Notes: generated by a model from the letters alone, not told the origin. DNA of 64,000 nucleotides from Paraspadella gotoi (GCA_051294375.1 CM119263.1:25152688-25216687), one strand, 5' to 3'. Counted from the first letter of the stretch, positions 23,505-37,446 are shown. Numbers and translations: made by a program.

Positions 23505-26397
23505 GATTAATATATGGAAATTTCTTTCGTATTTAAATATTTCAGTCAATCAAGTAAATAAATTTGCTAATCACTATTTCTGTTCGGAAAAAATATATAA
23601 TTTACTGTAGCATTCTCGGTACAACGTTCGGTAACTCTCAGCTGACTTGCTTCGGGTGGTTATTTCAGTGCTCAATTATGATCGGTTTTTAAAATGACTA
23701 CTCCTTGTTTCAACCAAACTCGTTATCATCTTAATAATCTCAAGTACAGCGATCTTAATATATTAACTGATTTATGGAGTGATTTTTTATCCACAGTTAA
23801 TGAAAAAGTATTAAAGTTACATGTTTATGTATTTTTACAATGTACATCTCTCGTTGACTAGTTAACCCGACAATTAACTATTAACAGTTAAACTCGACGA
23901 AGATCTTCGACAAACGTTGCCATTTTGTCCAAATTTTTTGGGTATTTGAGCGACATCTTATTTTTTTAAAAGGACTTCCACAAAAAAAAAGACACTCGAG
24001 CTCGAGCTCGTTCATTATCTACGAATATATATCGAAAGTATACATTAATTTTTTTGGAAAAGATGCTACTAAAAAGGATGGAAAATTGTAAATTTCTCTT
24101 GCCCCTCCGCAAATTTAATATTTCTTTCGTGTCAATTACGTCTATTTTTAAAGTGAACTTTAATCTTTAAACATACTGACAAGAAACGAAACACGAATGT
24201 GACAGTTCTTCTTTTCTCCTCAACTCGTTCATAAAGCAATTAAAATATATACGACTGTTATTCAATTTAATTTTATTGGTCACGAATCTTCAATTCGTCG
24301 AAAGAAAATGTTTTTCCGAAATTAGAAACTCGTCTAATGGATGACGCGGCGAAGACGTTTCGGTTTTTTTCGTTGAACTTCGAGTCTAAAAATAGAAACT
24401 CGATCGATTTTCCTAATTCGAGATTTTTTTTATCATTACTGACCGTGAAAGCTGTGAAAAGGTCGCTTGAGCTGGAGGATCCGAGAAGTGTGACCGTTTT
24501 AAATTAAATTTGGTTAAAAATAGTAATATCTAAATAGTTCTCGCCCTGTTAATTATCGTCGATGTAAATTAAAGTTAGTTTTTCGGGGTGAATCCCCTTC
24601 TCTGATTCAGGCTTGGCCCAAGTCGTTTTTTTTTTGTTCACGTGCCCGACTCAAAGTCTTTCGAGTTCAAAGTCTTGAGCACTTGTCGGTGATCACCTCA
24701 TTCACGAAATCGGAAATAAACGGGAGTCGATAAGAATGACGCACGGTGGAGGCGCCGATAGGCAATGGTGAGAGGATATTAATTCATTTCAAGGGAAAAA
24801 CCTATATTTCAAAACTAACCAGTGACGTCATTATCAAATTTAGGAGCCGAATTTTAATTCTCTTTCGCCCAAAAACGATACCAGATTTCTCAAGTTCGAG
24901 CTGCCACGTATCTTCGATCTGATTGGCCGGATGGGTTCATCGTCCTCAGTTGATGGATATCACGAAGGGCTCCATCGCTTCATTTATTATTTTAAAGCTT
25001 AATATTTCGTTCAGTTTTCATTCAAAAATCTTCGTCAATTACTGCAAGCACTATAACCAGGGAAAAACTCGTTCTTGTTAAGCGAGTACAACTCAGACAA
25101 AAATTGATCGACAATCGCCGACGTTAGATGGTGAGATTTCGCGTTATCTGTGTGTGTAAGTGTCTCCAATTTAAGAGAGCGAGATTGAAAAGATAAACGT
25201 TTCGTAAGCTCTAACCTCTCGATTTCTTGAAACAAAATAATAAAAATAAGTTAATAGGTAGGATTTTTAGGGCTCTTAGCATCTTGTCAAGATCAGTTTT
25301 ATCAAGTATTAACGCGTTTTATTTAAATATGCAAATTGAGTTTTTCCGGCCGAAAAACCTACGCGAGGCTAAATTGAAAGGTTGAGAGAGAAAAAAAGGA
25401 GTGGCTGAAGTGCATCCGAAGGTTGAACGGAAGAGCGAAACCCCGATTTTCTTCCCTGGTCTAAAAGACCCCGTTCGCCTATCCTACCCTAAACCTAAGC
25501 CAATCCCATCTCCCTGTTCTACCCCTTACCAGTTCACTCCCCAACCTTGTTCGATGTTCTTTTCTCTCCGGGGTGATTTTTAATCCGATCTTCCTTCTCT
25601 CACCAAAAATTCAATTTTTTCACTATCTTCATTCGATCAGTCTATCCTAAAGCCTCACCAATTTCTTCTCCACTCACCAGTTTCTTCTTCCTCATTAATC
25701 GCTTCACAATCCTTCCATTCGAATCCAATCTCCGCCCGACGAACCCGAGTCTTCCCTCCACCGCCCAAGCCACGCCCATCGAAACAAACGAAACCTCAGT
25801 TGGAAACTCCTCTCCACTTCCGATTCGAATCGCCTCCCTCTCCCGTTATGTCCTATATTTCAACCCTCCTAATTTTATTTATGAGCTCAAATTCGTAACC
25901 AATCACGAGCAAGCGGAAAAATTTCATCCGATTCTTGCGAAATGACTCATTCATTTAATAAGCTATTTTCCCATGATTTTGGATAGGCAACTGCGCGTTA
26001 TGGTTTCCATTTATTAATATAGAAGGGCCATGCAAGCTTTCTCATCTATGAAGTGGTATAAGATTTCTATGAGTTGTTTAAATAAAAAGACAACCCCCTC
26101 AGTTTTACATCAACGAATATTATATTGTATATTTAGCAAAATATTTCTAACGAAATTTTATGACCTTCGATCTGCTTTGTTCAATCCTTTACCCTTTGTG
26201 TACGAGCTCTCACCCCTAATCCCTGCCCCTCGATTCGCCCTAAAAAAATTAAATTAAAACGAAAATTAAAAAAAATGATATGATGACGAATCCGTCGGGA
26301 GAAAAAAAAACTTAAGACTGAGAAAAAACTCTAGAGATAAAAAACTCTCGAACTTCTTGTTGTGTTTGGGATTCTGAATAAACAAGTATAGAAGAAT

Positions 26398-26442
26398 TCT
26401 CTCTCTCTCTCTTCCTCTCTCCTCTCTCTCTCTTCTTCCTTT

Positions 26443-26478
<36 letters not shown>

Positions 26479-26647
26479 CTCTCTTCTCTCTCTTCCTCTC
26501 TCTCTCTCTCTATCGGCGTGGGATAGTCGCCTCTTCCCGACAGTTGGACGTCTCTTGAAATGATTGTCTTTTCACTTTAATCCTAATTTCCAAAACGGAA
26601 ACGTGTTTAACTGTAACGACCAAGAAGATCGCCGAGCTCTGAGAAAA

Positions 26648-26718
<71 letters not shown>
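26398..26718. repeat. (CT)n/(AG)n microsatellite tracts
   Basis: Tracts at ~26398-26511 and ~26653-26718. Many others occur, e.g. 27841-27930, 28536-28573, 34277-34341, 35634-35673, 60565-60695, 61892-62009, 63168-63277. Confidence 0.95.
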
Positions 26719-26721
<3 letters not shown>

Positions 26722-27840
26722 TCCTTTTCGGCGTCTTAGGAATTTCCGCGCCTTCGAGCTTCCCCGCCCTTTTTCTTTTAATTTCATTTTCTTTCTTTTC
26801 ATTCTTTTCTTATCTCACTTTTCTTCGGGTCTTTCCTCTCTGTCGAGTATTCACGTTTCAGTCTCGAATCAAAGGAAAGGATTTAAGCCCTAATTTCTCA
26901 TCCGGCGATGATAACTCGAGTCGCTGTCGGAAACGAAGGCATGGAAAAAGTGAAAAAAAAATGCTGTTCATTCAATTTCAAAACTACATTAGTTTTCAAC
27001 GGTAATAGTGTTATTACCGTCCTATTCATTAACAACAGCTAATAAATTTGTCTCCTTCACCGGCTAACATTGATGTGAAAAAATAACCTTAAAATCCCAG
27101 TTTTAAAGAAAAAAAGTTGCACAATTTGTAACTTGTTTATTTTTGATATTTTTGGTAGATTTATTAAATGTTATCGCTTTTAAAGTGACTTCAAACAGGA
27201 ACAAGAAATTATCTGACAGTCTCGTGTTAATGATTAATTCTCGCTAAATTATTTTTCTAGTCATAATTTCTCGCTAAGAGTCATTTAGGTAGTAAAATCC
27301 TTTCAGAGGTGAATCAAATTTTAAAAACCGAGATGAACGAACTTTTTTAATTCGCCTAAAAGTTCGTAGAAAGGCCGCTGAAGAAAACGATGATGACGAC
27401 GACGATGATGACGATTAAAGACGAGTTAGACGACGACGACGACGACAACGACGTCGTTAACTACGTCTCATCACTCTCTCTCCAAGGTGTTTTATTTTTC
27501 TTGTCCATCATCGACCCCAGAGTTTAATCAGATTTGCTGCGATTATTTTACCGTTTTAATTCTTTCATTATGTTTTTCTTGAGACGGAGGAGGAAGAGAG
27601 AAATAAAAAAGAAAAAAAAGCGGAAAAAAACGGATTTGTCGTCGTCGTTGTCGACGTCATTCGGGTCGTTTAAAGTTTAACAAAATCTTTTTTTTAAATT
27701 CGAGTTCAGGACCCGAAAATTTTTTTTTTCCTCCGCAGACCCAAGACGACCCAGTTTTTTGACGGAAACTGATTTTCCCTATGTCATGGCATTATCACGC
27801 CCTGTCTAAATATTTCAGGGCTAAAAAGCTCTCTTTGCTT

Positions 27841-27876
<36 letters not shown>

Positions 27877-28531
27877 CTTCTCTTCTCTTCTCTCTCTCTC
27901 TCTCTCTCTTCTCTCTCTTCTCTCTCTCTCCGCCCACGACCACCGACCAGGCGTCAAAACCGCAAAAACCACAAAATCGCGATCGGCGATTTCGAGCTGC
28001 CGAAGATGGAGGGGGGAGTTTCAGGGGGGCGGCGTCTGTGCGGAGTCGATTTGGCCGAAAAGAGAGAAGAGAAAAAACAAAAATAACTTTTCATCTTTTC
28101 TAGGAAATGAGAAGAAGGAAATCGGTGCGGCCAGGTCGCGCGAGATGAGGCCTTTTTCAAGGCCGAAAACCGGATTTCGCTTGAATAGGATTGGTTTCGT
28201 GATTTCTCGAATGATTATGATTGCATTTGCAGAGAAAGNNNNNNNNNNAGAGAGAGCCACATCGTTTATGTTTTGAGCAAATGACCAATAATCGCGGCTA
28301 TTAATCAAAACCTTCGCTTTTCGAATGATGAAATAAAATCCAAGAGGAAAAGTTTATTTTTAAATCTATGACGTCAACAGCGCGAGGAATTCGATCGGGA
28401 CATTTAAGGTCACGTATGTGGCCAGTTGCCCGACGCTCCTTTATTTTTCTGTGTATATCGGGCCGAATAAAATATTCACATCAGGCCCGGGCACGCATAA
28501 TATATAATTTTTAATCAGTGAATGAATTCGT

Positions 28532-28577
<46 letters not shown>

Positions 28578-28923
28578 AAAGCCAAACCCCGTTCTTGTGG
28601 TTTTTTTTTTCCGCTATAATTATAATGCTTGTCATCTATTCTCTTTTTCTCTCTACTTCCATTGAAGGAGTCATTGCCCTTTGGACCTAATAACCTCGTT
28701 CAAAAAAAATCGATCTCCGGGTGAGAGGAAAGTTTATGGTGGGGGAATCAAGGTGCGACCATGGGAAGGGAAAATTCTATGGTGCGAAGAAACTTGCGGG
28801 ATTTGGGATTCTGTCTCTGGTTCGTTTGGCTGCGGGAATTTAGAGTCTGTTTTGCGAGAAGTACGGTGTGATTTCGAAAAAAATTACCTCGCCCCTAGTA
28901 GTTTTAAGTCGGATCTGCTTATA

Positions 28924-30241
28924 AGCAGATCCCGACTCTATAATTCACTTTGTCGGTCCGTCGGTCCACCCCCTCAGTTGTGTCAGGCATTGACATATAT
29001 TATGTCAGATCATCGAATTATGATAAGTTATGAAAAAAAACCGATGTCCGTCTGTCCGTCTATCTGTCCGTCCGTCTGTCCGTCCGTCCGTCCCACCTTA
29101 GCAAAAAAATTCAATTACTCGTGATTGGACGGATAGATTGGAATGAAATTTTATGAGTGGGTAGGGAAGTGTGCGAATGAGCTGGATATGAAGTTTCGAT
29201 GAAATCGTGCGAGTGGAAAAGAGTAAATGGAAAAAACAAAAAAAATTATTTCACCATTTGAACGCCAATTACTCATGAGTAGATGGGACGTATGTGGGTA
29301 GGAAAGTGTGTGATTAAGCTGGAAATAAAGTTTTGATAGAACCGTCTGAGTGGAAATAAACTGGAAAAAACAAAAAACCTATTTCACTAATTGATTATGC
29401 TTCTTTTTATTTTTATATTAAATGTAAATGCAAGATGTATTAATTAATAAAATAATTAATCAGTTAATTAATCAATTAATTAATTAATTAATCAATAATT
29501 AATTAATCAGTCAATTAATTAATCTATTAATTATTAAATCAATCAATTATCATCTATAATTAATTATTCGATCAATTTATTTATTTATCAATTAATTAAT
29601 TATTTAATCAATCAATCAATCATGTCAATCGTTATTGGCATTATTGTTGTCATCGCCATGATCGTCGTCGTTGGTAAATGACGAAAAGACCTAAAAAACA
29701 AACATTTAAGATCAAATTAATTAATTTATTAATTAATTATCGCTAATGATCATGCTTGTGGAAATGAGTTTAAATGGAAAAAACAAAAGTCATATTTACT
29801 TGAAGGATTTTTACTTATATTTACTCATAATTATTATATTTATTAAAATTGGATAGATCAAATAAAATTTTGTGTGTGGGTAGTAAACTATGAGATTAAG
29901 CTGGATATAATTTTTTGATGGAATCGTAGCAGTGGAAAAGAATTTAAAACAGAAAACCAAAAGACACATTTATGTCAATTTTTAAAAGTTTCTCTCTATT
30001 TCTCTCTGATTTATTGATTGATTGATTGACCAAATTATGCTAATTGACCAAATTATGCCGGTTGACCAAATTGGTAATGATTGATAGATAAATTGATTTA
30101 TAGATTTTTTCATAGATTTATTAAGAAGTCTGTTATGATTCGTTATAATCACAAATTGAGAGTCAGAAAAATTATCTTCGGATTAGCATATTACCGCTTA
30201 ATTATCGTAGGCAGATCCGACATTGTTTGCTCAAACTTGTT
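28924..30241 (+). mobile_element. Helentron/DINE-1-like element, copy 3 (longest)
   Basis: Same 5' end (agcagatcccgactctataattcacttt), GTCY tract at 29046-29092, two internal units, AATT tract, an additional diverged unit at ~29760-29970, and 3' end gcagatccgacattgtttgctcaaacttgtt. Confidence 0.8.
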
Positions 30242-31216
30242 TTCAAAAAATTAAATTAAATGCTTATGTCTACAATATATTTTAGTGCGCTGCCTCTTCA
30301 ACTCTTTCGCTTGCTTGCGTAGTATCCAAATGGAGAGAAACGAATATCAACAAAAAATTGGATTTTATGACCGGACTCGAGTTTCGCGCCATGATCGAAC
30401 ATCATATAAGACGTGCGTCATCAAGATGAGTTCTGATGAAATTCTAAATATAGCAACATCATGATTATTTATTTTTTTGATGGAAGTAAGTAAGTATCTA
30501 AATATAGAATGAGGTAAGCCAAGATAAGATAAGACGACTTGTCAAATTTTATAAGTCCAACATCTTTAATCCGCAGCCCTTTGCTTTAGATGCGAAGTAA
30601 ATCAACCCATCGCATTGGTAAACGCGCCAAGTAATTATAACTTATAACTTCTGAACCATAACCGTATTCACACAATCTATCAGTTAGTAAGGTTTAACCA
30701 AACAACGAAAAAATGAAAACTAGAGTTCTCTATTTAAAGCTGTACGGCCTAATACGTACACGTCGTACAGTGTACGTATTAGGTTTGATTAGNNNNNNNN
30801 NNTGGTTGACTTTCTCAGTCAGTGGAACATGCAATTCTTGCGGTGTACCAAACAATCATAATCATCTTATAGATTCAAACCCAGCCTGTGGGAAAATAAC
30901 AGCCCAACGAATCGTCTTGTATAAATCGACATGGAAGGGTCCATCATGAAATTTAAAGAAGGTAAATTAGGTAAATCGCGAATAAAATGATTTAAACTTT
31001 GAATACAAGCTTTATTGAAGTATATGTCTCAAGAACTTTGTATTCTCAATGATAGTCATCTTTCCCAACACGGAAGTTTTACGCAACGAGTCAAATTGAG
31101 CTCCAAAGTTCATCGAGAGAAAATCTCGTTAAAATTTTCAAAGGCGAACGAGTCAATTTTCTCTTTTTTTTTCTCAAAACAAAATCTTCCGATCCGCTTT
31201 TATCGACGTCATTGGA

Positions 31217-31257
<41 letters not shown>

Positions 31258-32038
31258 ATAGACAGAAGGAATGCGGTACTCACGTCATCCCATTAAAATC
31301 GATAAGTTGCGGTGGAGTTAATGGGCTGAGAGGCAGACAAAGATAATTCATCAGCAGAAAAAGACGATAAGGAATCGATTGTAAACACTTTTTTATTATT
31401 AAATTTTTTTATTTATTTGTTTGTTTTTAACGCAATATAAATTTAGATTCATGACTCGTATTTTTTATTTGGTTTTCATATTTTGTTACTGACGCAATCG
31501 GGAACTTTTTAAAAAAAATATTAATTCCTTTTATTTTTTTGTGGCGTTTTGTTTATTTATTAGCTTTTCTTATTTTCTTATTTTTCAACTTAATAACAAT
31601 TAAAGCTGCCTTATATTTTAACTCTATATCTTAATTCAATGTCTGTTTATAATAATAAACGTGTCAACTAGTAAACAATGTTTTTGTATGTTACCGATTA
31701 ATGATATATCTCGGAACAGGAAATCCCGCCTCACGAGCAGATGCCAAAACTGCGTGACCAAACGAACCAACAGGAAAGAAAAACACAATTGAAAAACGGT
31801 TTTCCTTTCAACTTTTTCTCTCTTTCATTCTTTTGATTTTTTCCCTCGCAAATGGTGGGTCTCTTTGTCTCTTTGTCTCTTTGTCTCTTTGTCCCGCGGT
31901 TTCCGCTGCCATCCCATCCCTTCCCTTTTTCGCTCTTCATTCACTCTTTCACTTTTTTACTCCACTTTTTTCGGTGAATCTTTTCAGATAAGTTTACTTT
32001 CTTTTTATCCTTTATTGCTCAGTTGCGAAATTCACCGG

Positions 32039-32039
<1 letters not shown>

Positions 32040-32078
<39 letters not shown>

Positions 32079-32134
32079 CTTTGTCTTCTTTCTTTCTTTC
32101 TTCTTTCTTTTCTTTTCTTTCCTTCTTTCTTTCT

Positions 32135-32166
<32 letters not shown>

Positions 32167-32281
32167 TTTCTTTCTTTCTTTCTTTTTTCTTTCTTTATTT
32201 ATTTATTTATTTATTTATTTATTTCCCTCTTCCTTCCTTCCTTCCTTGCCTTCCTTCCTTCCATCCTTCCTTCCTTCCTTT
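32040..32281. repeat. Compound microsatellite (CT)n-(CTTT)n-(ATTT)n-(CCTT)n
   Basis: Directly visible. Confidence 0.95.
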
Positions 32282-32753
32282 ATTCTTGCTTTTTTTTCCA
32301 TTTCTTCTTTTCTTCTACTGTCTCTCTTGGCATCCTTCTCCCTCATAGTTTTTATTTCCATTGTTCCATCGACTCGTTTCTATTTGTTCTTCTTTTTACA
32401 ATATATGAGGATTTTTTAGGTAAAAGAAACAAAACTTCGAAATAATTTTTTTCCTCCGTCTTGGTTTTTGAAAGGAAACGAAGACGATGAATGATGATGG
32501 GAGGAAGTCCGACAGGCGAGATAGGAAACGACCAAAGGAAATAGAGACCGAGACGGAGAAGCATGAAAATCTAAAACCGAAATTATAACTATTCGATAAA
32601 TATAGAAAAGAATATAACCAAGATTTACCAGGTCCTAACGGTCGGGAATGTGACGCATTGTCTAATTATTTTTAACTATTGGTAAATAGTAGTTTCACTC
32701 TGGGGGTTAATTCGTCATTCGTCAATGCCCGACGGGATGTTTCGAACCTTTAC

Positions 32754-32863
32754 GACCCTACGTCAATCCCGAGTACGAATTTTTTTGTCATCGTCGGGAT
32801 GGATTCTTTTGTCGTCATATTGTGATCGTGTGAAACTTTCTTTAATTGGTGAGAATCGATCAT
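32754..32863 (-). CDS. Candidate first exon of an FGGY-family carbohydrate kinase (glycerol kinase 5-like)
   Basis: ...MTKKFVLGIDVGS followed by a gtaaag donor; resembles the FGGY N-terminal LGxDxG[ST] phosphate-1 motif. No further exons recognised. Confidence 0.35.
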
Positions 32864-33305
32864 TGTCAGTGTACGTATTAGAGTGAAACTGATTTTATAA
32901 TTATCGATTTGTGTTAAACGGCGTTTAACGAGTATAGATGGCAAGGTTAAATGTCAGTAACTCTGTAGCAGATTAATTGTGAATTGTCTGAAATGAGATT
33001 GAGTTCCTCAATCTCATTTGCATATTGTCGTATTCTGATTAAGCTTTGATAAATTTTTATTCTATTACCTTAAAGGTTTAATATTATTATTTTAACATTA
33101 GTAAATGATCATGTTTTATTTGTGGTTCCATTAATAGCTAAATAATTAATGATTTAATTGTCATAATTGCTAGTTTATTACTTTAATTATTCTTGTTGAT
33201 TCCAGCTGACCTTTCTATGTTAGTAAAGAAAATATATTCTCAGAGAATTATTCCCTTAGTCAGCTAGGATTAACAAGGGTCGTTTTGAACCACTATGCTC
33301 TTGCG

Positions 33306-33726
33306 AGCTCAACACTTAGGTTTAGCATCCATTAAGATAATAACATGTAATTGCTATCTTTTCATAGGTCTATACTTGATTACATTGCAAGCCTAACTCT
33401 CTAGTTCATTAGTCTTACCAAGAACCAGTCAAGTAGCCTTCAAACCATTAAGTAAGTTATTGAATAATTATCCACTGGACCTATAGTAACCGATGTCATG
33501 TATAATCAAGCTCAACACTTAGGTGTGTGAGCATCCATTAAATGATAATAACATGTAATTGCCTATCTTTTCATAGGTCTATACTTGATTTACATTGCCA
33601 AGCCTAACTTCTGAGTTCATTGAGTCTTACAAGAAGCCAGTCAAGTAGCCTTCAAACGCTATTAAGTAATTTTTTTGAATGAAATTATCCACTGAACCTT
33701 ATAGTAACGTATGTCATGTATAATCA
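33306..33726. repeat. ~205-215 bp tandem duplication (2 copies)
   Basis: agctcaacacttagg...tgtcatgtataatca occurs from 33306 and from 33509; the copies differ mainly by small indels. Confidence 0.9.
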
Positions 33727-34273
33727 TTGAGGTAACCATCATCACAACAGAGATATCCCTCTGTTAGAACTCTTACGAAATCGTGTCGATGATACGGAAT
33801 GTTGCGTCTGACAAAAGGATGGACATAATACAACACTGAAATAGAGTTAGTTCTTTTCGAAACAATATTTTTCCCCCTAAAATTCAAGTATCGATTTTTC
33901 CTAACAGATAAAAAAAGATGAAATTTCACGCCGCTTTCGTCGAGTTCATTTTTCCTTCGCTGATAAAGGCTTCCGCTGTTGATAAAACTTGAGTTCGACA
34001 TCCCGATAGACTTTAACAAAACAAAGAAGGCTTTTGAAAAGACTTGAAGTTTTCTTACACAACCCCGCTTTCGGATTTTTCCTTGGATAACTTTTAAACA
34101 TTTACTAACGTAGTTTCCTATGTGTATTTATGGCCCCATTTATGACCCCGTCCAATGACCCGACTTCTTTTCGATTCTGACATCGCAACGTCTGACATCT
34201 CAGCACCTTCTCGCCGACGACGATGAGTCACTGCAGTCCCTCGTCGAGAAAAACGGACGCGATTTTCTTCAAT

Positions 34274-34333
<60 letters not shown>

Positions 34334-35464
34334 GAGAGAGAGTGCAATGACTCATTGCCGCGATTTCAAAAGCCAAACAAAGCATTGATTGATAAAAAAA
34401 AAACTCTCTTCGAAATCGGATCTTGAGTGAAAAGCGAAATAAATTTTGGGCAAAGACGATAAATGAAGCGTCGTGTCTCGTCAGAGCCATAAACTGCCTC
34501 ACGCTCAATACCTTTTTTTTTCTCCGTCTTTCCACCTTTTATTTTCTTTTTCCACTTTTTTTTCCCCTGTTTTTTTTTCCGTCCTTTTTCTGTTCCGTCA
34601 TCCTTGATTAATTTCCTTCTTCGAATCCGGTTTTCAGTTCTGGAACATTTAAATATATATAGTTTATTTTAAATCGTTTTAAATTCTTTTTTCTTTATCG
34701 GGCGTGTTATGACTCGATAAATAAAAGCTCTAATGGTGTCAAAGTGATCTTAATCCGAATATCGGGTCAAGTCTGGCTTTTTTTTGTTGTCATTCCTCAA
34801 ACGCAGAATTTGTGGAGGTTTAATGTAACGTCTCTAACAGCGATGAATCATCCAGTTTTTCGAATATAAATAATAAAATTAAAATAAATTACTTTTAATT
34901 ACTTTCGATCGGAATGAAAAAAAAAATAACTTGAGTCGTAATCGATTTTTGGCTAAGAGTTTGGCGCGAGGCAACATTACAGGGTGGCCCTTTTTGGTTT
35001 GGACGAATGTCATCTATACAGAGTAATCCGATTTTATATTAAGGGGTTTTTTTTGGAANNNNNNNNNNNNNNNNNNNNNNNNNNNNNNNNNNNNNNNNNN
35101 NNNNNNNNNNNNNNNNNNNNNNNNNNNNNNNNNNNNNNNNNNNNNNNNNNNNNNNNNNNNNNNNNNNNNNNNNNNNNNNNNNNNNNNNNNNNNNNNNNNN
35201 NNNNNNNNNNNNNNNNNNNNNNNNNNNNNNNNNNNNNNNNNNNNNNNNNNNNNNNNNNNNNNNNNNNNNNNNNNNNNNNNNNNNNNNNNNNNNNNNNNNN
35301 NNNNNNNNNNNNNNNNNNNNNNNNNNNNNNNNNNNNNNNNNNNAAAAGAAAAGAAAAGAAAAGAAAAGAAAAAAATAAATGAAGAACAAAATAAAAAGAA
35401 GGAAGTAGTCAGTACACGACCGCATCGGTGCATTGTGGGAGAGTCTCGAATAAACAAAAGGCAA

Positions 35465-35633
35465 ACAAAACGATCACGTGACGATGAATCACGTGAAGAA
35501 AAAAGCAAAGAAGTTCCTCTCACATGACGTCGAAAACTTCGTTGTTGAAGAAATAAGAAAAAAATCCTCTCAAGTTCCTTCCAGTTTCTTCTTCGCGTCT
35601 CTTGTCTTCCTTTTCTCGTTTCACGCCTTCTTT

Positions 35634-35677
<44 letters not shown>

Positions 35678-35800
35678 TGTGTGACCGATTGTGTGAATCA
35701 CAGTCTTTCCACGAGGAGTCACGCCCGACTGGATCCTTCGTCGCCGAAACTTCACGCATCGCGATTTTCTTCTCACGGATGATCGAGTCTCTCACGTCAA
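35465..35800. promoter_or_regulatory. CpG-rich E-box cluster (possible promoter/enhancer)
   Basis: gatcacgtgac (~35472), atcacgtga (~35488), cacatgac and tcacgtca, around an (AG)n tract. Confidence 0.35.
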
Positions 35801-36782
35801 AGTCTTCATGGGCTGCAAGTCGGTTTCGAAACTAGACGTATTTACTATATAAATTGGTATCGTTGGAAAGAGAATGGCGAACTTAGCCGAAATCCTAAAT
35901 TTCATAAAATCGGGACTAAGCGTTCAAAAGTAATCAGCAAAAAAAGACGGAAAACGCCTGTCTCGGCGGATCAACTCCGCGATATTTTAAAGCGATTCCG
36001 TTTTGGTTCTACAAAGAAAGTACTACGTAGTTCAATATCTTAGAACGCCGAATTTAGCCTAAGCTTGTTTGCGTGATCCGGCCTCATAAGAAATGACTGA
36101 AAAAACCGTAGACTCAGCGGAAATCATAAGAATACCGAAGTAGATAAAATAAAGTGAAGATACATTATTTTTGAACGATATATGCAAAAATAACTTTGTT
36201 ACGCCGGTCATAACAAGATACGACCGTGGCCGTAGGACACGACGAGTTGATATCAGATCCCGCTCGTCTGTTTCTCCACGAAGAAAACGTAGTCTCTGCA
36301 AGTTCCAAAGCCTGAGCGCCAGCGGTAGGGAGATTCCTCACACCCCAGGCCATCGCACACTACCCCGTTACCATAAATCCGATATTGATTAGAATCGTTT
36401 TGCTAGAGGAGAAATAGTGCCGCTCGGAAAACCGCGACGTTAAACCTTCTAACACAGCGTTGGTGTTATTTTTTTAATGTCATTTTTTACTTTTTAATGT
36501 CGAATAAATTCATTAATTTCATCCATCGTTTTATAAACTCACTTATCTCCATTCTTCGTCGCCAATTTGATAAATAAACTTACCAACCAGTTCCAAAATC
36601 CTAACGTCCTTGTGTGAAACTAAAAGTCAGCCAGTAAATAAGTAAAGGAATCAAGAGAGGCACAAAACAAACTTAAAGATGATAAAATAAAAAAAACTAA
36701 CAAAAAATTTGGCAAATAAATGACTAAAATTGAGTATAAAATGAGACGTAGGAAGAAGTTAAAATTATAAGGAAACGCTTAA

Positions 36783-37035
36783 AAACAATTGGAGCAAACA
36801 ATGTCGGATCCGCCCAGGATCATGAGCGATAATTAATTAATTAATTAATATAAACTATATAAACTAAAATAATAATTTAATTAATAAAATTAATTAATTT
36901 CGATCCGAAATGTTGTCTTTAGGTCTTTTCGTCACTGACAACAAACAAAAATAAACGACGACGATAAAGATAGACTTGATTAATAACTAATTGATAAATA
37001 AATTGATTGATTGAATAATTATTTAATAGATAACT
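36783..37035 (-). mobile_element. Helentron/DINE-1-like element, copy 4 (3' half only)
   Basis: aaacaattggagcaaacaatgtcggatcc plus the AATT-rich tract and ggtcttttcgtcact match the reverse complement of the 3' half of copies 1 and 3. Confidence 0.7.
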
Positions 37036-37255
37036 AAATAAAAATAAATTTTTTTTGGAGGGACACATTTAGAATAAATTAAAATAATTAAAATCGGATA
37101 AAGAAGCTTTAGAAAATGACTGCTATACGAAAATCCACTAATAGTGCGTATTTATCAACAAATTTTGTTAATTTTTTCATTCAGATTACAATAAATTTCT
37201 AAAATTTAATGCTTAATAAACGTACTATGGGGACTAAATCACCAACCGTTCATCA

Positions 37256-37446
37256 GCGGCCATTGGTGCGGAGGCAAGTCATTCGCCTCCCAACGCCAAA
37301 AGGGTCTGGGTTTTAGCCCGGTGGTCGCCCTGGCAGTTGAGAGGGACGGGGCGCTTAACCCGCCTGTAACATGGTGTTACAGCCTGATCCGAAGCTCAGG
37401 GACTGCTTACATGAACGGTTCTGTCCACTAACACATAATAATAATT
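37256..37446 (+). mobile_element. tRNA(Gly)-like-derived SINE with (TAA)n tail and target-site duplication
   Basis: Acceptor stem gcggcca/tggtcgc; attcgcctccca anticodon-arm remnant; degenerate T arm; ~110-nt body; taataataat tail; flanking accgttcatca (37245-37255) / actgttcttca (37447-37457). Confidence 0.7.

Noticed and set aside
25035-25235. 66-aa - strand ORF with plausible splice sites
   Set aside because: No recognisable motif and no partner exons found.
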